Source of the DNA: an uncultured Gammaproteobacteria bacterium
Lineage (GTDB): Bacteria; Patescibacteriota; Patescibacteriia; Magasanikbacterales; UBA922
DNA length: 64,000 nt
Assembly: GCA_964433095.1 (NCBI GenBank)
Contig: CAYSPW010000003.1
Coordinates: 7,034-71,033, forward strand
Reading direction: 5' to 3'
The position numbers and the translations under genes are program-made. The notes beneath the pieces were generated by a model. The model did not search any database. It saw nothing but the letters and a program-made list of their open reading frames with translations, and was not told the origin of the DNA. Below, in pieces: positions 36,639 to 46,338 of the stretch (position 1 is its first letter; each line of letters opens with the position of its first letter).

Positions 36639-37994
36639 ATGCCTAAAAAAAAGAGTACAACCAAAAAAAAATCCGCGCTCGGAAAAAAATCCGCGCCGGT
36701 CAAAAAAAAGGCGGTCAAAAAAACCGTCCGCAAAACTAAAAAGGCGAAAGCAAAAGTCACGCCAAAGAAAAAAACTTCCAAACGCACGGCCCGCAAGTCA
36801 TCAAAACGGGCCGCACAAAAAAAGCCTGCCGAAAAAACCGGCAGAAAAAAAACAAAGAAAACAAAGAAAACAAAGATCACCGCGCCCGTTGAGGATTTGA
36901 GCGAGCCGAGCGAGAGAGCGGTTTGGGAGCTGGCGCAAAAAGGTCGTCAGCGCGGTTTTGTTACTGAAACCGAAATTTTGCAAGTCTTTCCATATGTTGA
37001 ATACTACATTAAGGACTACGAAGGATTTTTGGATTTAATGGCCAAAAATAGCATTTCAGTTGTACAAATGCGAGAAGGTTTACTTGGACAAAGAGAAGAA
37101 AAAAGAGATATATTATCTGATTTGCAAGGCAAGCAGCCGGATATGGAGGGGTCATTTGATTTGGGCTCAATTTCCGAAGATTCAATTCAAATGTATTTGC
37201 GTGAAATCGGTAAAATTCCGTTGCTGACGGCGGAAGAAGAGGTGGTTTTGGCCAAAGGCAAAGAACGCGGCGATAAAAAAGCGGAAAGGAAAATGATTTT
37301 GGCTAATTTGCGTTTGGTGGTTTCCATTGCCAAAAAATTTGTGGGCAAACAGTTGTCTTTGCTCGATTTGATTCAAGAGGGAAACATCGGGCTGTTCCGG
37401 GCGGTTAAAAAATTTGATTACCGCAAGGGATACAAATTTTCAACCTACGCCACCTGGTGGATCAGGCAGGCTATAACCAGAGCTTTAGCCGACCAGTCAA
37501 GAACCATCCGCATTCCGGTGCATATGGTGGAAACCATAAATAGATTTAATCAGCGTCAGAGAAATTTGCTGCAGGATTTGGGCAGAGATCCGACCCCGGA
37601 AGAAATGGCAGCCGAGCTGGGTGAAGACTTGGATAAAGTGAAGCAAATTATAAAAATTTCTCAGGACACAATTTCATTGGAAACGTCAGTGGGTGATGAT
37701 GACGATGATTCGGCGTTGGCTGATTTCATTGAAGATATCAAAAATGTATCACCGTCCCACTCGGCCGGCGTGGCTTTGCTCAAGGACTATATTGAAGAAG
37801 CGATACAAGACTTGTCGCCGCGCGAACAAAAAATATTGGAGATGAGGTTCGGATTAAAAGACGGAGTTACCCATACTCTGGAAGAAGTGGGTAGGGAATT
37901 TGATGTTACCAGGGAGAGAATCAGGCAGATAGAGGCCAAGTCTTTGGAGAAGATTCAAACTTATGATATTATTAACAAGCTAAGGGATTATTGA
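36639..37994 (+). CDS. rpoD: RNA polymerase sigma-70 factor RpoD with Lys/Ala/Pro-rich N-terminal extension
   Basis: Regions 1.2-4.2 present ([54 protein letters not shown]); first about 85 aa are a KKK/TKK low-complexity basic tail. Confidence 0.9.
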   Translation: MPKKKSTTKKKSALGKKSAPVKKKAVKKTVRKTKKAKAKVTPKKKTSKRTARKSSKRAAQKKPAEKTGRKKTKKTKKTKITAPVEDLSEPSERAVWELAQKGRQRGFVTETEILQVFPYVEYYIKDYEGFLDLMAKNSISVVQMREGLLGQREEKRDILSDLQGKQPDMEGSFDLGSISEDSIQMYLREIGKIPLLTAEEEVVLAKGKERGDKKAERKMILANLRLVVSIAKKFVGKQLSLLDLIQEGNIGLFRAVKKFDYRKGYKFSTYATWWIRQAITRALADQSRTIRIPVHMVETINRFNQRQRNLLQDLGRDPTPEEMAAELGEDLDKVKQIIKISQDTISLETSVGDDDDDSALADFIEDIKNVSPSHSAGVALLKDYIEEAIQDLSPREQKILEMRFGLKDGVTHTLEEVGREFDVTRERIRQIEAKSLEKIQTYDIINKLRDY

Positions 37995-38034
37995 TTTTTG
38001 CGGCATTCCGTCTTAGTGTAATATTTACCGCAAA

Positions 38035-38072
38035 AAAAAGACGCTGATTGACGGCTTCTTTTTTTGTCTGCT
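38035..38072. terminator. Putative bidirectional terminator between convergent rpoD and sodA
   Basis: A-run, imperfect hairpin (AAGACG...CGGCTT), T-run. Confidence 0.3.
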
Positions 38073-38087
38073 TTATTCAATCCGGCT

Positions 38088-38669
38088 TTAAAAAAGTTTA
38101 AATACTCGCCACCAGTTGTCCACATATTCGCCTCTTTGGTTTTGATATTTTAAATAATACGCGTGCTCCCATAAATCAATATTAAAGACGGGTTCATGTC
38201 CCAAAGTGTAAGGCGAGTCTTGATTGGGTAGAGAATAAGTTTGCAGATTTCCATCTTGATCGCGTGCCAACCAAACCCAGCCGCTGCCAAAACGCGACTT
38301 GGCCAATTCTGACATTTGCCGTATCAGCCGGTCAACCGAGCCGAAAGTCTGCTTCACTTCATTTTTAAGTTCTTGGTTCATTTCTTTTTCCGGACCCATG
38401 GCCGCCCAGTAAATATTATGATTGACAAAGCCGCCCCCATAATTTTTTAATTTTTGCCGATCTTCTTCGCTGACGTCGAGGTCATTTAGATTTTTTAAAA
38501 TATCATCACTCGCCATTTGCTTGAGAACGCCGTATTTATCCACCACGGAAATAAATTTATCCAAATATGATTGATGATGCTTATCATGATGGATTTTTAA
38601 AGTTTGTTCATCAATATACGGCTCAAGCGAGTCGTATGAAAAGGGGAGTGGTTTAAATTCAAACTGCAT
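38088..38669 (-). CDS. sodA: Fe/Mn superoxide dismutase
   Basis: KHHQSYL, metal ligands in the DLWEHAYYLKYQN block, FGSGWVWL. Confidence 0.9.
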   Translation of the reverse strand: MQFEFKPLPFSYDSLEPYIDEQTLKIHHDKHHQSYLDKFISVVDKYGVLKQMASDDILKNLNDLDVSEEDRQKLKNYGGGFVNHNIYWAAMGPEKEMNQELKNEVKQTFGSVDRLIRQMSELAKSRFGSGWVWLARDQDGNLQTYSLPNQDSPYTLGHEPVFNIDLWEHAYYLKYQNQRGEYVDNWWRVFKLF

Positions 38670-38844
38670 ATACTTTTATTGTTAAAAGTACTTAATTTTT
38701 AAAAAATATTTTACGTGATTAATAAATTTTACAATCGTGATATAAGATACATAATATCTTGTCAAATTAAAGCATATTTGAATTATTTATGCTTTTTGGT
38801 TATTATATATTAAACGAGTTTTAAATAATAGCAAAAAAGTAAAT

Positions 38845-39810
38845 ATGATGAAGCAGGCCATTTTGGATTTTGCGTCGCAGTTTCAATTTGAACCGCGAAT
38901 AGAAAACATGGCTAAGATGGGTCGTTTTGATAAATTTGTAGTGTGCGGCATGGGCGGGTCACATTTGGCCGCGGATTTGCTCAAAAGATGGGATCAAGAT
39001 TTGCAAGTACAAGTGCACAGCAATTACGGTCTCCCGGCCATAAGCGAAAACGATAAGCATCTTTATTTGTACATTTTCAGTTCGTATTCAGGTAATACCG
39101 AAGAAGTAATCAACGGCTATTTGCAGGCCAAAGCGGAAAATTTAAATATAGCCGTCATTACCGTCGGGGGTAAATTACTTGAATATGCCAAAGAGGATAA
39201 GTTGCCGTACATCCGGCTTCCGGATACGAGCATACAGCCGCGTTCGGCGCTAGGATTTAATTTTATATCACTGCTGCGCTTTATGTGTTTGGAAAAAGTA
39301 TTGCCACAGGCGGCCCGGCTGGCCGATATGTTAAAACCGGAAGAATACGAGCAGACCGGAGCGGAATTATCGCGAGAATTAATCGGCAAAGTGCCGATCA
39401 TTTACAGTTCACAACCGAATCGACCGATAGCATATAACTGGAAGATAAAATTCAATGAAACCGGAAAGATTCCCGCTTTCTTTAATACATTTCCCGAACT
39501 TAACCATAATGAAATGACAGGATTTGATGTGGAGCCAAACACCGAAAAATTGTCATCTAATATTCATTTTATATTTTTGCATGATGCTGAAGATCAAGAG
39601 AAAATACAAAAAAGAATGCGGATTACCGAAAGGCTCTATAGTGATCGTGGATTGAGCACCGGTTTTTTTGAAATGACCGGAAATAATATTTTGGAAAAAA
39701 TATTCAAGTCCTTGTTGGTTGCAGATTGGGTCGCACTTTACATTGCCGATCACTACGGGCTGGAATCAGAGCAGGTACCCATGGTTGAAGAATTTAAAAA
39801 AATGATTTAA
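38845..39810 (+). CDS. SIS-domain sugar isomerase, bifunctional phosphoglucose/phosphomannose isomerase family
   Basis: VVCGMGGSHLAADLL SIS motif; about 320 aa, two-SIS layout typical of archaeal-type PGI/PMI. Confidence 0.55.
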   Translation: MMKQAILDFASQFQFEPRIENMAKMGRFDKFVVCGMGGSHLAADLLKRWDQDLQVQVHSNYGLPAISENDKHLYLYIFSSYSGNTEEVINGYLQAKAENLNIAVITVGGKLLEYAKEDKLPYIRLPDTSIQPRSALGFNFISLLRFMCLEKVLPQAARLADMLKPEEYEQTGAELSRELIGKVPIIYSSQPNRPIAYNWKIKFNETGKIPAFFNTFPELNHNEMTGFDVEPNTEKLSSNIHFIFLHDAEDQEKIQKRMRITERLYSDRGLSTGFFEMTGNNILEKIFKSLLVADWVALYIADHYGLESEQVPMVEEFKKMI

Positions 39811-39868
39811 CCGAATTATTATAACTATTTATTAAAAAATTCGTAGAATTTAATAGAATTTAGTTTAT

Positions 39869-40615
39869 ATGAATACAGAGCAATTTACACCAAAGCAAAC
39901 TTTCCTGGGAGGGTTGATAGTCGGTTTTCTACTGATCTCGACAGTGGGATTTTTCGTCATGCTGGGAATATATTTCAACGGCGAAAAAACAACTGCTGAC
40001 AGTAATTCGGAGATCGTTGCTCCGCAGGCTGATACCGGCGTTCAAAACCAGGACAATGATCAACCGGAAATTAAAGTCAAGCCGGTTGATGAAAATGTGG
40101 ATCATATTAGAGGCGAGAAGCAGGCCGAAGTAACTTTAATTGAATATTCGGATATTGAGTGTCCGTATTGCAAGAGCTTTCATGATACCGTACTGCAGTT
40201 GTATGAAGACTATGGCGAAAACGCGCGCTTCGTTTTCAGGCATTTTCCACTTGATAATCTGCATCAGAACGCGCGTGCCGAAGCCAATGCCACCGAGTGT
40301 GCCGGTGAACAAGGCAAGTTTTGGGAGATGTTGGATTTGATTTTCGCGCAAACGCGCTCAAACGACGGCCTAAATTTGGACACGCTGCCGGAGTTTGCCG
40401 AGCAGCTTAATCTGGATGTCACCAGATTCAACCGATGCGTGGAAAATATAGCATACGCGGAAAAGATAAACGCGGATCAGCAAAGCGGCATAGAGGCCGG
40501 TGCCAGGGGAACTCCTTATAGTATATTAATGGGGCCTGACGGTACCATAATACCGATCAGCGGCGCTCAGACTTACGCCAATTTATCGGCTGCCATTGAA
40601 TCCTTGTTAAAGTAA
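39869..40615 (+). CDS. DsbA-family thiol:disulfide oxidoreductase with N-terminal TM anchor
   Basis: Thioredoxin-fold CPYCKSF active site; cis-Pro region TPYSILMGPDG; signal/TM anchor. Confidence 0.75.
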   Translation: MNTEQFTPKQTFLGGLIVGFLLISTVGFFVMLGIYFNGEKTTADSNSEIVAPQADTGVQNQDNDQPEIKVKPVDENVDHIRGEKQAEVTLIEYSDIECPYCKSFHDTVLQLYEDYGENARFVFRHFPLDNLHQNARAEANATECAGEQGKFWEMLDLIFAQTRSNDGLNLDTLPEFAEQLNLDVTRFNRCVENIAYAEKINADQQSGIEAGARGTPYSILMGPDGTIIPISGAQTYANLSAAIESLLK

Positions 40616-40623
40616 AAATTATC

Positions 40624-40654
40624 CCCGGCACTGTGAAGTGCTGGGTTTATTTTT
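40624..40654 (+). terminator. Rho-independent terminator after the DsbA-like gene
   Basis: CCCGGCACT-gtga-AGTGCTGGG (9-bp stem, one G.U) followed by TTTATTTTT. Confidence 0.5.
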
Positions 40655-40689
40655 CATACTATTATAGTATAGTTTAAAACGGCTAACCG

Positions 40690-40709
40690 AAAGTAAAATT
40701 TTTTACTTT
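40690..40709 (+). promoter_or_regulatory. Perfect 9-bp inverted repeat abutting the start codon of the 40710 gene
   Basis: AAAGTAAAA-tt-TTTTACTTT immediately followed by ATG; could be an operator or a translation-occluding hairpin. Confidence 0.25.
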
Positions 40710-41903
40710 ATGAAAAAAATTTTTCTACTGTGTGCGATATTATTTTCTTTTTTTGCTTGGATCGTGCCGGCGGGGGCGCGAGCCAATGTCGGGGAAGAAA
40801 GTTTTGAAAAAATAAATTTCGCGCTTTTTCATACGCAGTCCTGCCCACATTGTCGCGACGAGATAGCTTTTATTGATTCGGTGCTTATGCCCGAGTATGG
40901 TGAATGGGTGGATTTTAAGCTCCATGAGATTGGCGATCCCGACAACCAGCGCTTGCTTGATCGGTACAGCTATTATTATGGAGCACGGGTCACCGGAGTG
41001 CCGATTACCTTTATTGATGAACAAGTGGTCTACGGCTATGATGCTGAACACACGGCCGGTAAACAGTTAATTAATATTATTGAAAACAAACTGGAACAAA
41101 AAGGTATTGAGGTGAACGGACAGGATCAACAGTCGCCTGATGAACAAAACATGGTTAGTGTTCCTTTAATTGGCGACATTAACGTAAGGACTTTTTCATT
41201 ACCGCTGCTTACCTTGATAATCGGCTTGTTGGATGGATTCAATCCTTGCGCCATGTGGGTGTTGCTTTTTTTAATTTCCTTGCTGCTTGGTATTGAGGAT
41301 AGAAAAAGAATGTGGCTGCTCGGTACTCTTTTCATATTAACTTCCGGACTGGTGTATTTTTTGTTCATGGCGGCATGGCTACATTTTTTGATGTTCGTGG
41401 GCATGATATTTTTTGTCAGGATAATTATCGGATTGGTAGCGGTTATGGTCGGCGGATACAATTTAAAAGATTATTGGCGCAATAGAAAATCCGATGGGGT
41501 GGTGTGCAAAGTATCGACAAAGCAGGGAACCAGAAGTGTTTTTGAAAAGATAAAACGCGTAGTATACAGGAAAAGTTTGTGGTGGAGCATTGCCGGCATC
41601 ATGTTGCTCGGTTTTTCGGTCAATTTGGTGGAATTGGCCTGTTCAGCCGGTTTTCCGGCGATTTTCACCCAGGTGCTCGCCATGAGTGGATTGGCTGTGT
41701 GGGAAAAATATTTGTATATGATTGGTTACATTTTTTTCTATATGCTCGATGATTTGATAGTTTTTGTCATAGCCATGGTAACTTTGAGATCAAAAGTAAT
41801 GGGTAGTAAATACGCCAAGTACGCCAACTTGTTCGGCGGCTTGCTTATCTTGGTATTGGGGCTGCTGCTAATATTCAAGCCTCAGTGGCTAATGTTTTCC
41901 TAA
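40710..41903 (+). CDS. Thioredoxin-like domain fused to a DsbD/CcdA-like transmembrane thiol-electron transporter
   Basis: N-terminal signal peptide plus thioredoxin-fold CPHC; TM region with membrane-embedded Cys (LLDGFNPCAMWVLLFL, cf. CcdA SFLSPCVLPLLP) and a second Cys (VELACSAGFP). Confidence 0.5.
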   Translation: MKKIFLLCAILFSFFAWIVPAGARANVGEESFEKINFALFHTQSCPHCRDEIAFIDSVLMPEYGEWVDFKLHEIGDPDNQRLLDRYSYYYGARVTGVPITFIDEQVVYGYDAEHTAGKQLINIIENKLEQKGIEVNGQDQQSPDEQNMVSVPLIGDINVRTFSLPLLTLIIGLLDGFNPCAMWVLLFLISLLLGIEDRKRMWLLGTLFILTSGLVYFLFMAAWLHFLMFVGMIFFVRIIIGLVAVMVGGYNLKDYWRNRKSDGVVCKVSTKQGTRSVFEKIKRVVYRKSLWWSIAGIMLLGFSVNLVELACSAGFPAIFTQVLAMSGLAVWEKYLYMIGYIFFYMLDDLIVFVIAMVTLRSKVMGSKYAKYANLFGGLLILVLGLLLIFKPQWLMFS

Positions 41904-41957
41904 TTGGTTTTTTGCATAAATTGATAAAGATGGTAAAAAATACAATGGCGGTTTTTT

Positions 41958-41966
41958 TTTAACTGT
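41958..41966 (+). promoter_or_regulatory. Extended -10 promoter element (TGcTATACT) upstream of the 42019 gene
   Basis: TGCTATACT about 50 nt upstream of the ATG. Confidence 0.3.
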
Positions 41967-42018
41967 GCTATACTGAAAAATAGGAAAAAAATAATTCCGC
42001 ATTTTTTGGTGTTAAATT

Positions 42019-43806
42019 ATGCCTATAGAAAAATTACATCAAACCGGAACCGGAATGCAGACGGAAAAAGAAGACGTCTGTTTGTTTGCGCAGACCAATT
42101 TTCGTAACCAAATGCGGCGCTTCGGCATCAAGCTTGACGATAGACGCCGTCATACTTATGTGATCGGAAAGACCGGCATGGGCAAGACCACGCTTCTAGA
42201 AAATATGGTGCTGCAAGATATTTATAAAGGTCATGGCGTGGGCGTGGTTGATCCGCATGGTGATTTCGCGGAAAAAATTATCAACTATATTCCTTCAAAT
42301 CGTATTAATGACATAGTGTATTTCAATCCGTCCGACATTCAGTATCCGATCGGATTCAACGTTCTGGAAGTCAAATCCGAAGAGCAGCGGCATTTGGTTG
42401 CCGCCGGCCTGATGGGAATTTTTAAAAAGATTTGGCCGGACGTGTGGTCTTCGCGAATGGAATATATTTTAAATAATACTCTTAATGCTCTGTTGGAGTA
42501 TCCCGGTTCCACTTTGTTGGGGATTAATCGGTTACTGGCGGAAAAAGGATACAGAAGGCGAGTGATTAAGAAAGTGAGCGATCCGGTGATAAAATCTTTT
42601 TGGCAAAATGAGTTCGCCCAGTATAATGAGCGGTATGCCCAAGAAGCGGTGGCGCCGATTCAGAATAAAATCGGACAATTTTTGTCGGCTAACGTAATTC
42701 GCAACATGGTGGCTCAAGTTAAGTCAACAATCAACATTCGCGAAATTATGGATGAGGGTAAGATTTTAATCATGAATTTGTCAAAAGGAAGAATTGGAGA
42801 AGATAACAGCCGTCTTTTGGGAGGGATGTTAATCACGAAAATACAGCTGGCCGCCATGGAGAGAGTGGATACTCCTGAAGACCAACGAAGTGATTTTTTC
42901 TTGTATGTAGACGAGTTTCAAAATTTCGCCACTCCCAGCTTTGCCAATATTTTATCAGAAGCCAGAAAATACCGACTGAGTTTGGTTATGGCCCATCAGT
43001 ATGTTGCCCAGCTGGACGAGTTGGTGGCAGACGCGGTATTCGGAAACGTGGGCACTATCATTACCTTTAGAGTGGGTGCGGCCGATGCTGAAATGCTGGT
43101 CAAGGAATTCAGTCCCACGTTCACCGAAGAGGATATTGTTAATCTTGCCAAATATCACATATTTCTTAAGTTGATGATTAACGGCGTGGCTTCACAGCCT
43201 TTTTCGGCGATTACTTTGCCGCCGATCGGCTCTCTCACCGATTCTTTTGACAAAGTAATCAGGGTTTCACGGGAGCGTTACGGTAAGCCTCGGGAAGTGA
43301 TAGAAGATAAAATAATGCGTTGGAGCGGAATGATAGAAGAAAGTGAAGAAGATGAAGAAAGCTGGAAGAAAAGAGACAAAAGGCAAAAGAAAAGCACGTC
43401 CAAAGAAAAAAAACAAATTGATCAAAAAAAATCAAAATCGGCGGCAAAAACGGTCAAACCGACCAAATTTATGTCTTTGAAAGACTTGTCTCGCGATTCG
43501 ACCAAAAAAGCCTCCAAAGACCGGGATAAAAAACAAATGTGGTCGGTGAAACAAAAGAATAACCACAACTGGCAAGCGAGCGGACAGACTCAAAAAAATC
43601 AGCAATCGCATAAAAAAAGAGCGCCGGTAGATGATGATAAAAGTAAAAAAAAACAGATAGAAAAAAGCGGCCATAAGCAGGATAAGCAAAATCAAACACA
43701 AAAGCGGGTAGAAGATAAAAAAAGATCCGGGACGGATAATCAAGACAAGATGAAAACGCATAAGAAAGAAAAGATTGAACCGGATCAAATTGTGCGATTT
43801 GGTTAG
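42019..43806 (+). CDS. TraD/VirD4/TrwB-like (DUF87-type) P-loop ATPase, soluble, with Lys-rich C-terminal tail
   Basis: Walker A VIGKTGMGKTT, VVDPHGDF, Walker B FLYVDEFQNF, then SEARKYRLSLVMAHQ (T4SS coupling protein/HerA signature); no N-terminal TM helices; last about 150 aa are K/E/D-rich low complexity. Confidence 0.55.
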   Translation: MPIEKLHQTGTGMQTEKEDVCLFAQTNFRNQMRRFGIKLDDRRRHTYVIGKTGMGKTTLLENMVLQDIYKGHGVGVVDPHGDFAEKIINYIPSNRINDIVYFNPSDIQYPIGFNVLEVKSEEQRHLVAAGLMGIFKKIWPDVWSSRMEYILNNTLNALLEYPGSTLLGINRLLAEKGYRRRVIKKVSDPVIKSFWQNEFAQYNERYAQEAVAPIQNKIGQFLSANVIRNMVAQVKSTINIREIMDEGKILIMNLSKGRIGEDNSRLLGGMLITKIQLAAMERVDTPEDQRSDFFLYVDEFQNFATPSFANILSEARKYRLSLVMAHQYVAQLDELVADAVFGNVGTIITFRVGAADAEMLVKEFSPTFTEEDIVNLAKYHIFLKLMINGVASQPFSAITLPPIGSLTDSFDKVIRVSRERYGKPREVIEDKIMRWSGMIEESEEDEESWKKRDKRQKKSTSKEKKQIDQKKSKSAAKTVKPTKFMSLKDLSRDSTKKASKDRDKKQMWSVKQKNNHNWQASGQTQKNQQSHKKRAPVDDDKSKKKQIEKSGHKQDKQNQTQKRVEDKKRSGTDNQDKMKTHKKEKIEPDQIVRFG

Positions 43807-43882
43807 CCATTGTCCCCATTCACTATTTAAATTTATTGTGATAAAATATAAATAGATAATTTTTAACTAAAAAATAATTAAT

Positions 43883-46255
43883 ATGCCACTCATTGATTCG
43901 TCACCAAAAGCCGGTTTATCAATCGGATTTTATCATAAAATTCTGGGACTGGTCTTGCATGTGCTGCTGGTTATGGGCACGCTGTTGATTCCACTATTCT
44001 ATCTGCCGTATACTGTCGGCGTACTAAACCTACCTAAGCAGTTTTTAATTTACGTTATAGTTTTGCTTGGCCTGTTGTTATGGCTGGCGCAGGCGGTACT
44101 GACCAAAAAATTGATAATACGCAGAACGGTTTTGGATATACCGATTTTGCTTTTCGCGCTTTTGGCTATAGTTTCTGCCATAGTGTCGCTCTCTCCGGCT
44201 TTAAGTTTTTTGGGCAAAACGGACAATTTTGTCATTAACGTCGGTACAATTTTATCGCTGCTATTTTGGTTCTGGTTGATAGTACAAAACGTGACTGATA
44301 AAAAAAGGCTCAATTATCTGATGTATGCTTTTTTAATTTCCGGGATTTTAGTGGCTTTGCTTTTTCTTTTCCGATCCTGGTCCGCGCTTTCCGGTATCAC
44401 AGACGTGGTTGGTAATAATTTAATCAGCAAATACAGTAGCATGTTTGCCATCTATATTGCTACTTTAGTTGTTTTTTCACTAGGTTTGTTGTTGGTTAAA
44501 GGTAGAAAAGTAACTCAGCAGATTGTGCCGTTGCTCGCCTTTGTAGTGGGAGCGATTGCATTAGTTAGGATCAGTTTCACGGTTGGCTGGGTGGTATTGT
44601 TAGTCGGTCTGGCGCTGTTGCTGGTGATCGGCATCACCATGCTGGCAGAAAGCCGAATATTTGTGTTGTCGCTCGGTTTTTTCTTTTTTCTGTTAACCAT
44701 CCTAATACTGTTCGTTGGTAGTCCACAATTTTTAAAAACCACCTTGCCTGTGGAAGTGTCGCTCGGCAATAAAACATCATGGCAGATCACCTATCAGACC
44801 GTTACCGGAGGAGTGAAACCTTTTTTGTTCGGTTCGGGTCCTGGCACATTTATTTATGATTTTTCCCATTATCGTCCGGCCTCGTTTAATATGAGTCAGT
44901 ATGCCTGGTCCACTCGTTTTCAACAACCTTTCAATTCGATCTATGCCATAATCGCCGAATTTGGAATTCTCGGGTTTCTTTCTTTTGTTTTAATGCTGCT
45001 AATGGCGGTGGGGGCGGTTTTTAGCGGCTGGCTCAAGACACGGCCATCCATTTTAAAAAGAGTAAAAAGTAGAATAGAATCAGGTGATGATCTTGACAGG
45101 GTAGAAGCTTTTATACCATCAGCCGCCTGGCTGGCTCTCAGCGTGGGTTTATTTATCACTTTTTTTGACTCTGTTGTCTGGTGGGCTTGGTTTTGGTATC
45201 TAGCCGTGGCATTAGTATCGTTGTCATTTGCCGTGCCCGAATTGATCAAAGAGAAAAAGGTCATGCTGCAGGTATCTCCACAGTATGCTTTGGCCATGTC
45301 TTTTGGCATGGTATTGCTTTTTTCCGCCATTATCATATTCGGCGCTTTCGGTGTCAGATATTATTTGGCCGAAGTTCATTATACCAAAGCTACGCGCAGT
45401 AACAGCCTGGAGCAGATGGAACAACATTTAATACAAGCAATTCAGTATCGGCCGTCGTATCCACAGTATCATATAGCGGTTGCCAGAGTTTACTTGCAAA
45501 AAGCCAAAAATATGGTGGAAGTTGAAAACTCCAGTCCTGAAGCGGTGGCGCCGGTGTTGGCTACGGCTGTAAATGAGGCTAAATTGGTTTCCAATTTTCA
45601 ACCGAGCAATGTGCAGACGTGGGATGTCCTATCCTTGATGTACTTGAATGCGCGTGCTTTTGCGCCCGAGGCCAATCAGTGGGCCAGAGATACTCTACTT
45701 AAAGCGATTGAGCTGGAATCGACCAACCCCACTTTATATTGGAGGCTGGCCAATACTTATGTTTTTGATGAAGATCTTGAAAAAGCGGAAGAAGAGTACA
45801 AAAAAGCGATTGAGCTCAAGCCTGACTATGTGGATGCTTATTCCGAACTTTCAAGAGTGTACGAAGTGCAGGAGCGCTATGATGAAGCCATTGATCTTTA
45901 TAATCCCATAATGGGCGCGGTCAGCCAGTCTCCGTCACTGCTTTTTGACCTCGGACGCCTGTTCTACAATCGCGAGGCGGAAGGGGACAGGCAATTGGCC
46001 GAACAGGCTTGGCTGAGAGCAGTGGCACTTATGCCTGATTATTCCAACGCGCTGTATGGATTGGCTGTACTCTATGAGAAGACCGGCCAGACAGACAAAT
46101 CAATTGAGTACTATTCAAAAGTGCAAGAATTGAATCCGGATAATCAAGATTTGCGCGCCAAGTTGCAGACCTTGACCTCGCCTCCGCCTCCTGCCCCCGT
46201 TATTCCGGAAGATGAAGTGGTCCAAGGGGAGGATGAACAAGTAGATGGCACTTAA
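43883..46255 (+). CDS. O-antigen ligase (Wzy_C)-like polytopic membrane protein with C-terminal TPR repeats
   Basis: More than 10 TM helices; Wzy_C-like block LFGSGPGTFIYDFSHYRP...NSIYAIIAEFGILG; C-terminal TPR repeats (AIELKPDYVDAYSELSRVY, ALMPDYSNALYGLAVLY). Confidence 0.6.
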   Translation: MPLIDSSPKAGLSIGFYHKILGLVLHVLLVMGTLLIPLFYLPYTVGVLNLPKQFLIYVIVLLGLLLWLAQAVLTKKLIIRRTVLDIPILLFALLAIVSAIVSLSPALSFLGKTDNFVINVGTILSLLFWFWLIVQNVTDKKRLNYLMYAFLISGILVALLFLFRSWSALSGITDVVGNNLISKYSSMFAIYIATLVVFSLGLLLVKGRKVTQQIVPLLAFVVGAIALVRISFTVGWVVLLVGLALLLVIGITMLAESRIFVLSLGFFFFLLTILILFVGSPQFLKTTLPVEVSLGNKTSWQITYQTVTGGVKPFLFGSGPGTFIYDFSHYRPASFNMSQYAWSTRFQQPFNSIYAIIAEFGILGFLSFVLMLLMAVGAVFSGWLKTRPSILKRVKSRIESGDDLDRVEAFIPSAAWLALSVGLFITFFDSVVWWAWFWYLAVALVSLSFAVPELIKEKKVMLQVSPQYALAMSFGMVLLFSAIIIFGAFGVRYYLAEVHYTKATRSNSLEQMEQHLIQAIQYRPSYPQYHIAVARVYLQKAKNMVEVENSSPEAVAPVLATAVNEAKLVSNFQPSNVQTWDVLSLMYLNARAFAPEANQWARDTLLKAIELESTNPTLYWRLANTYVFDEDLEKAEEEYKKAIELKPDYVDAYSELSRVYEVQERYDEAIDLYNPIMGAVSQSPSLLFDLGRLFYNREAEGDRQLAEQAWLRAVALMPDYSNALYGLAVLYEKTGQTDKSIEYYSKVQELNPDNQDLRAKLQTLTSPPPPAPVIPEDEVVQGEDEQVDGT

Positions 46256-46261
46256 GTAATA

Positions 46262-46300
46262 CAAAAAACGGGTTTGAACACAAAAAGCCCGTTTTTTTTG
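46262..46300 (+). terminator. Rho-independent terminator
   Basis: AAAAAACGGGTTT-gaacaca-AAAGCCCGTTTTTTTT; roughly 10-bp stem (one G.U), T8. Confidence 0.6.
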
Positions 46301-46338
46301 TTGTTTTTAATACATAATTAAGATATAATGAGATAAAT

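Noticed and set aside
43432-43819. Two overlapping minus-strand ORFs (116-118 aa) opposite the TraD-like C-terminal tail; similar ORFs opposite the rpoD 5-prime end (36623-36983)
   Set aside because: Products are poly-Phe/Leu/Ile translations of the antisense of Lys-codon (AAA/AAG) runs; low-complexity artefacts.
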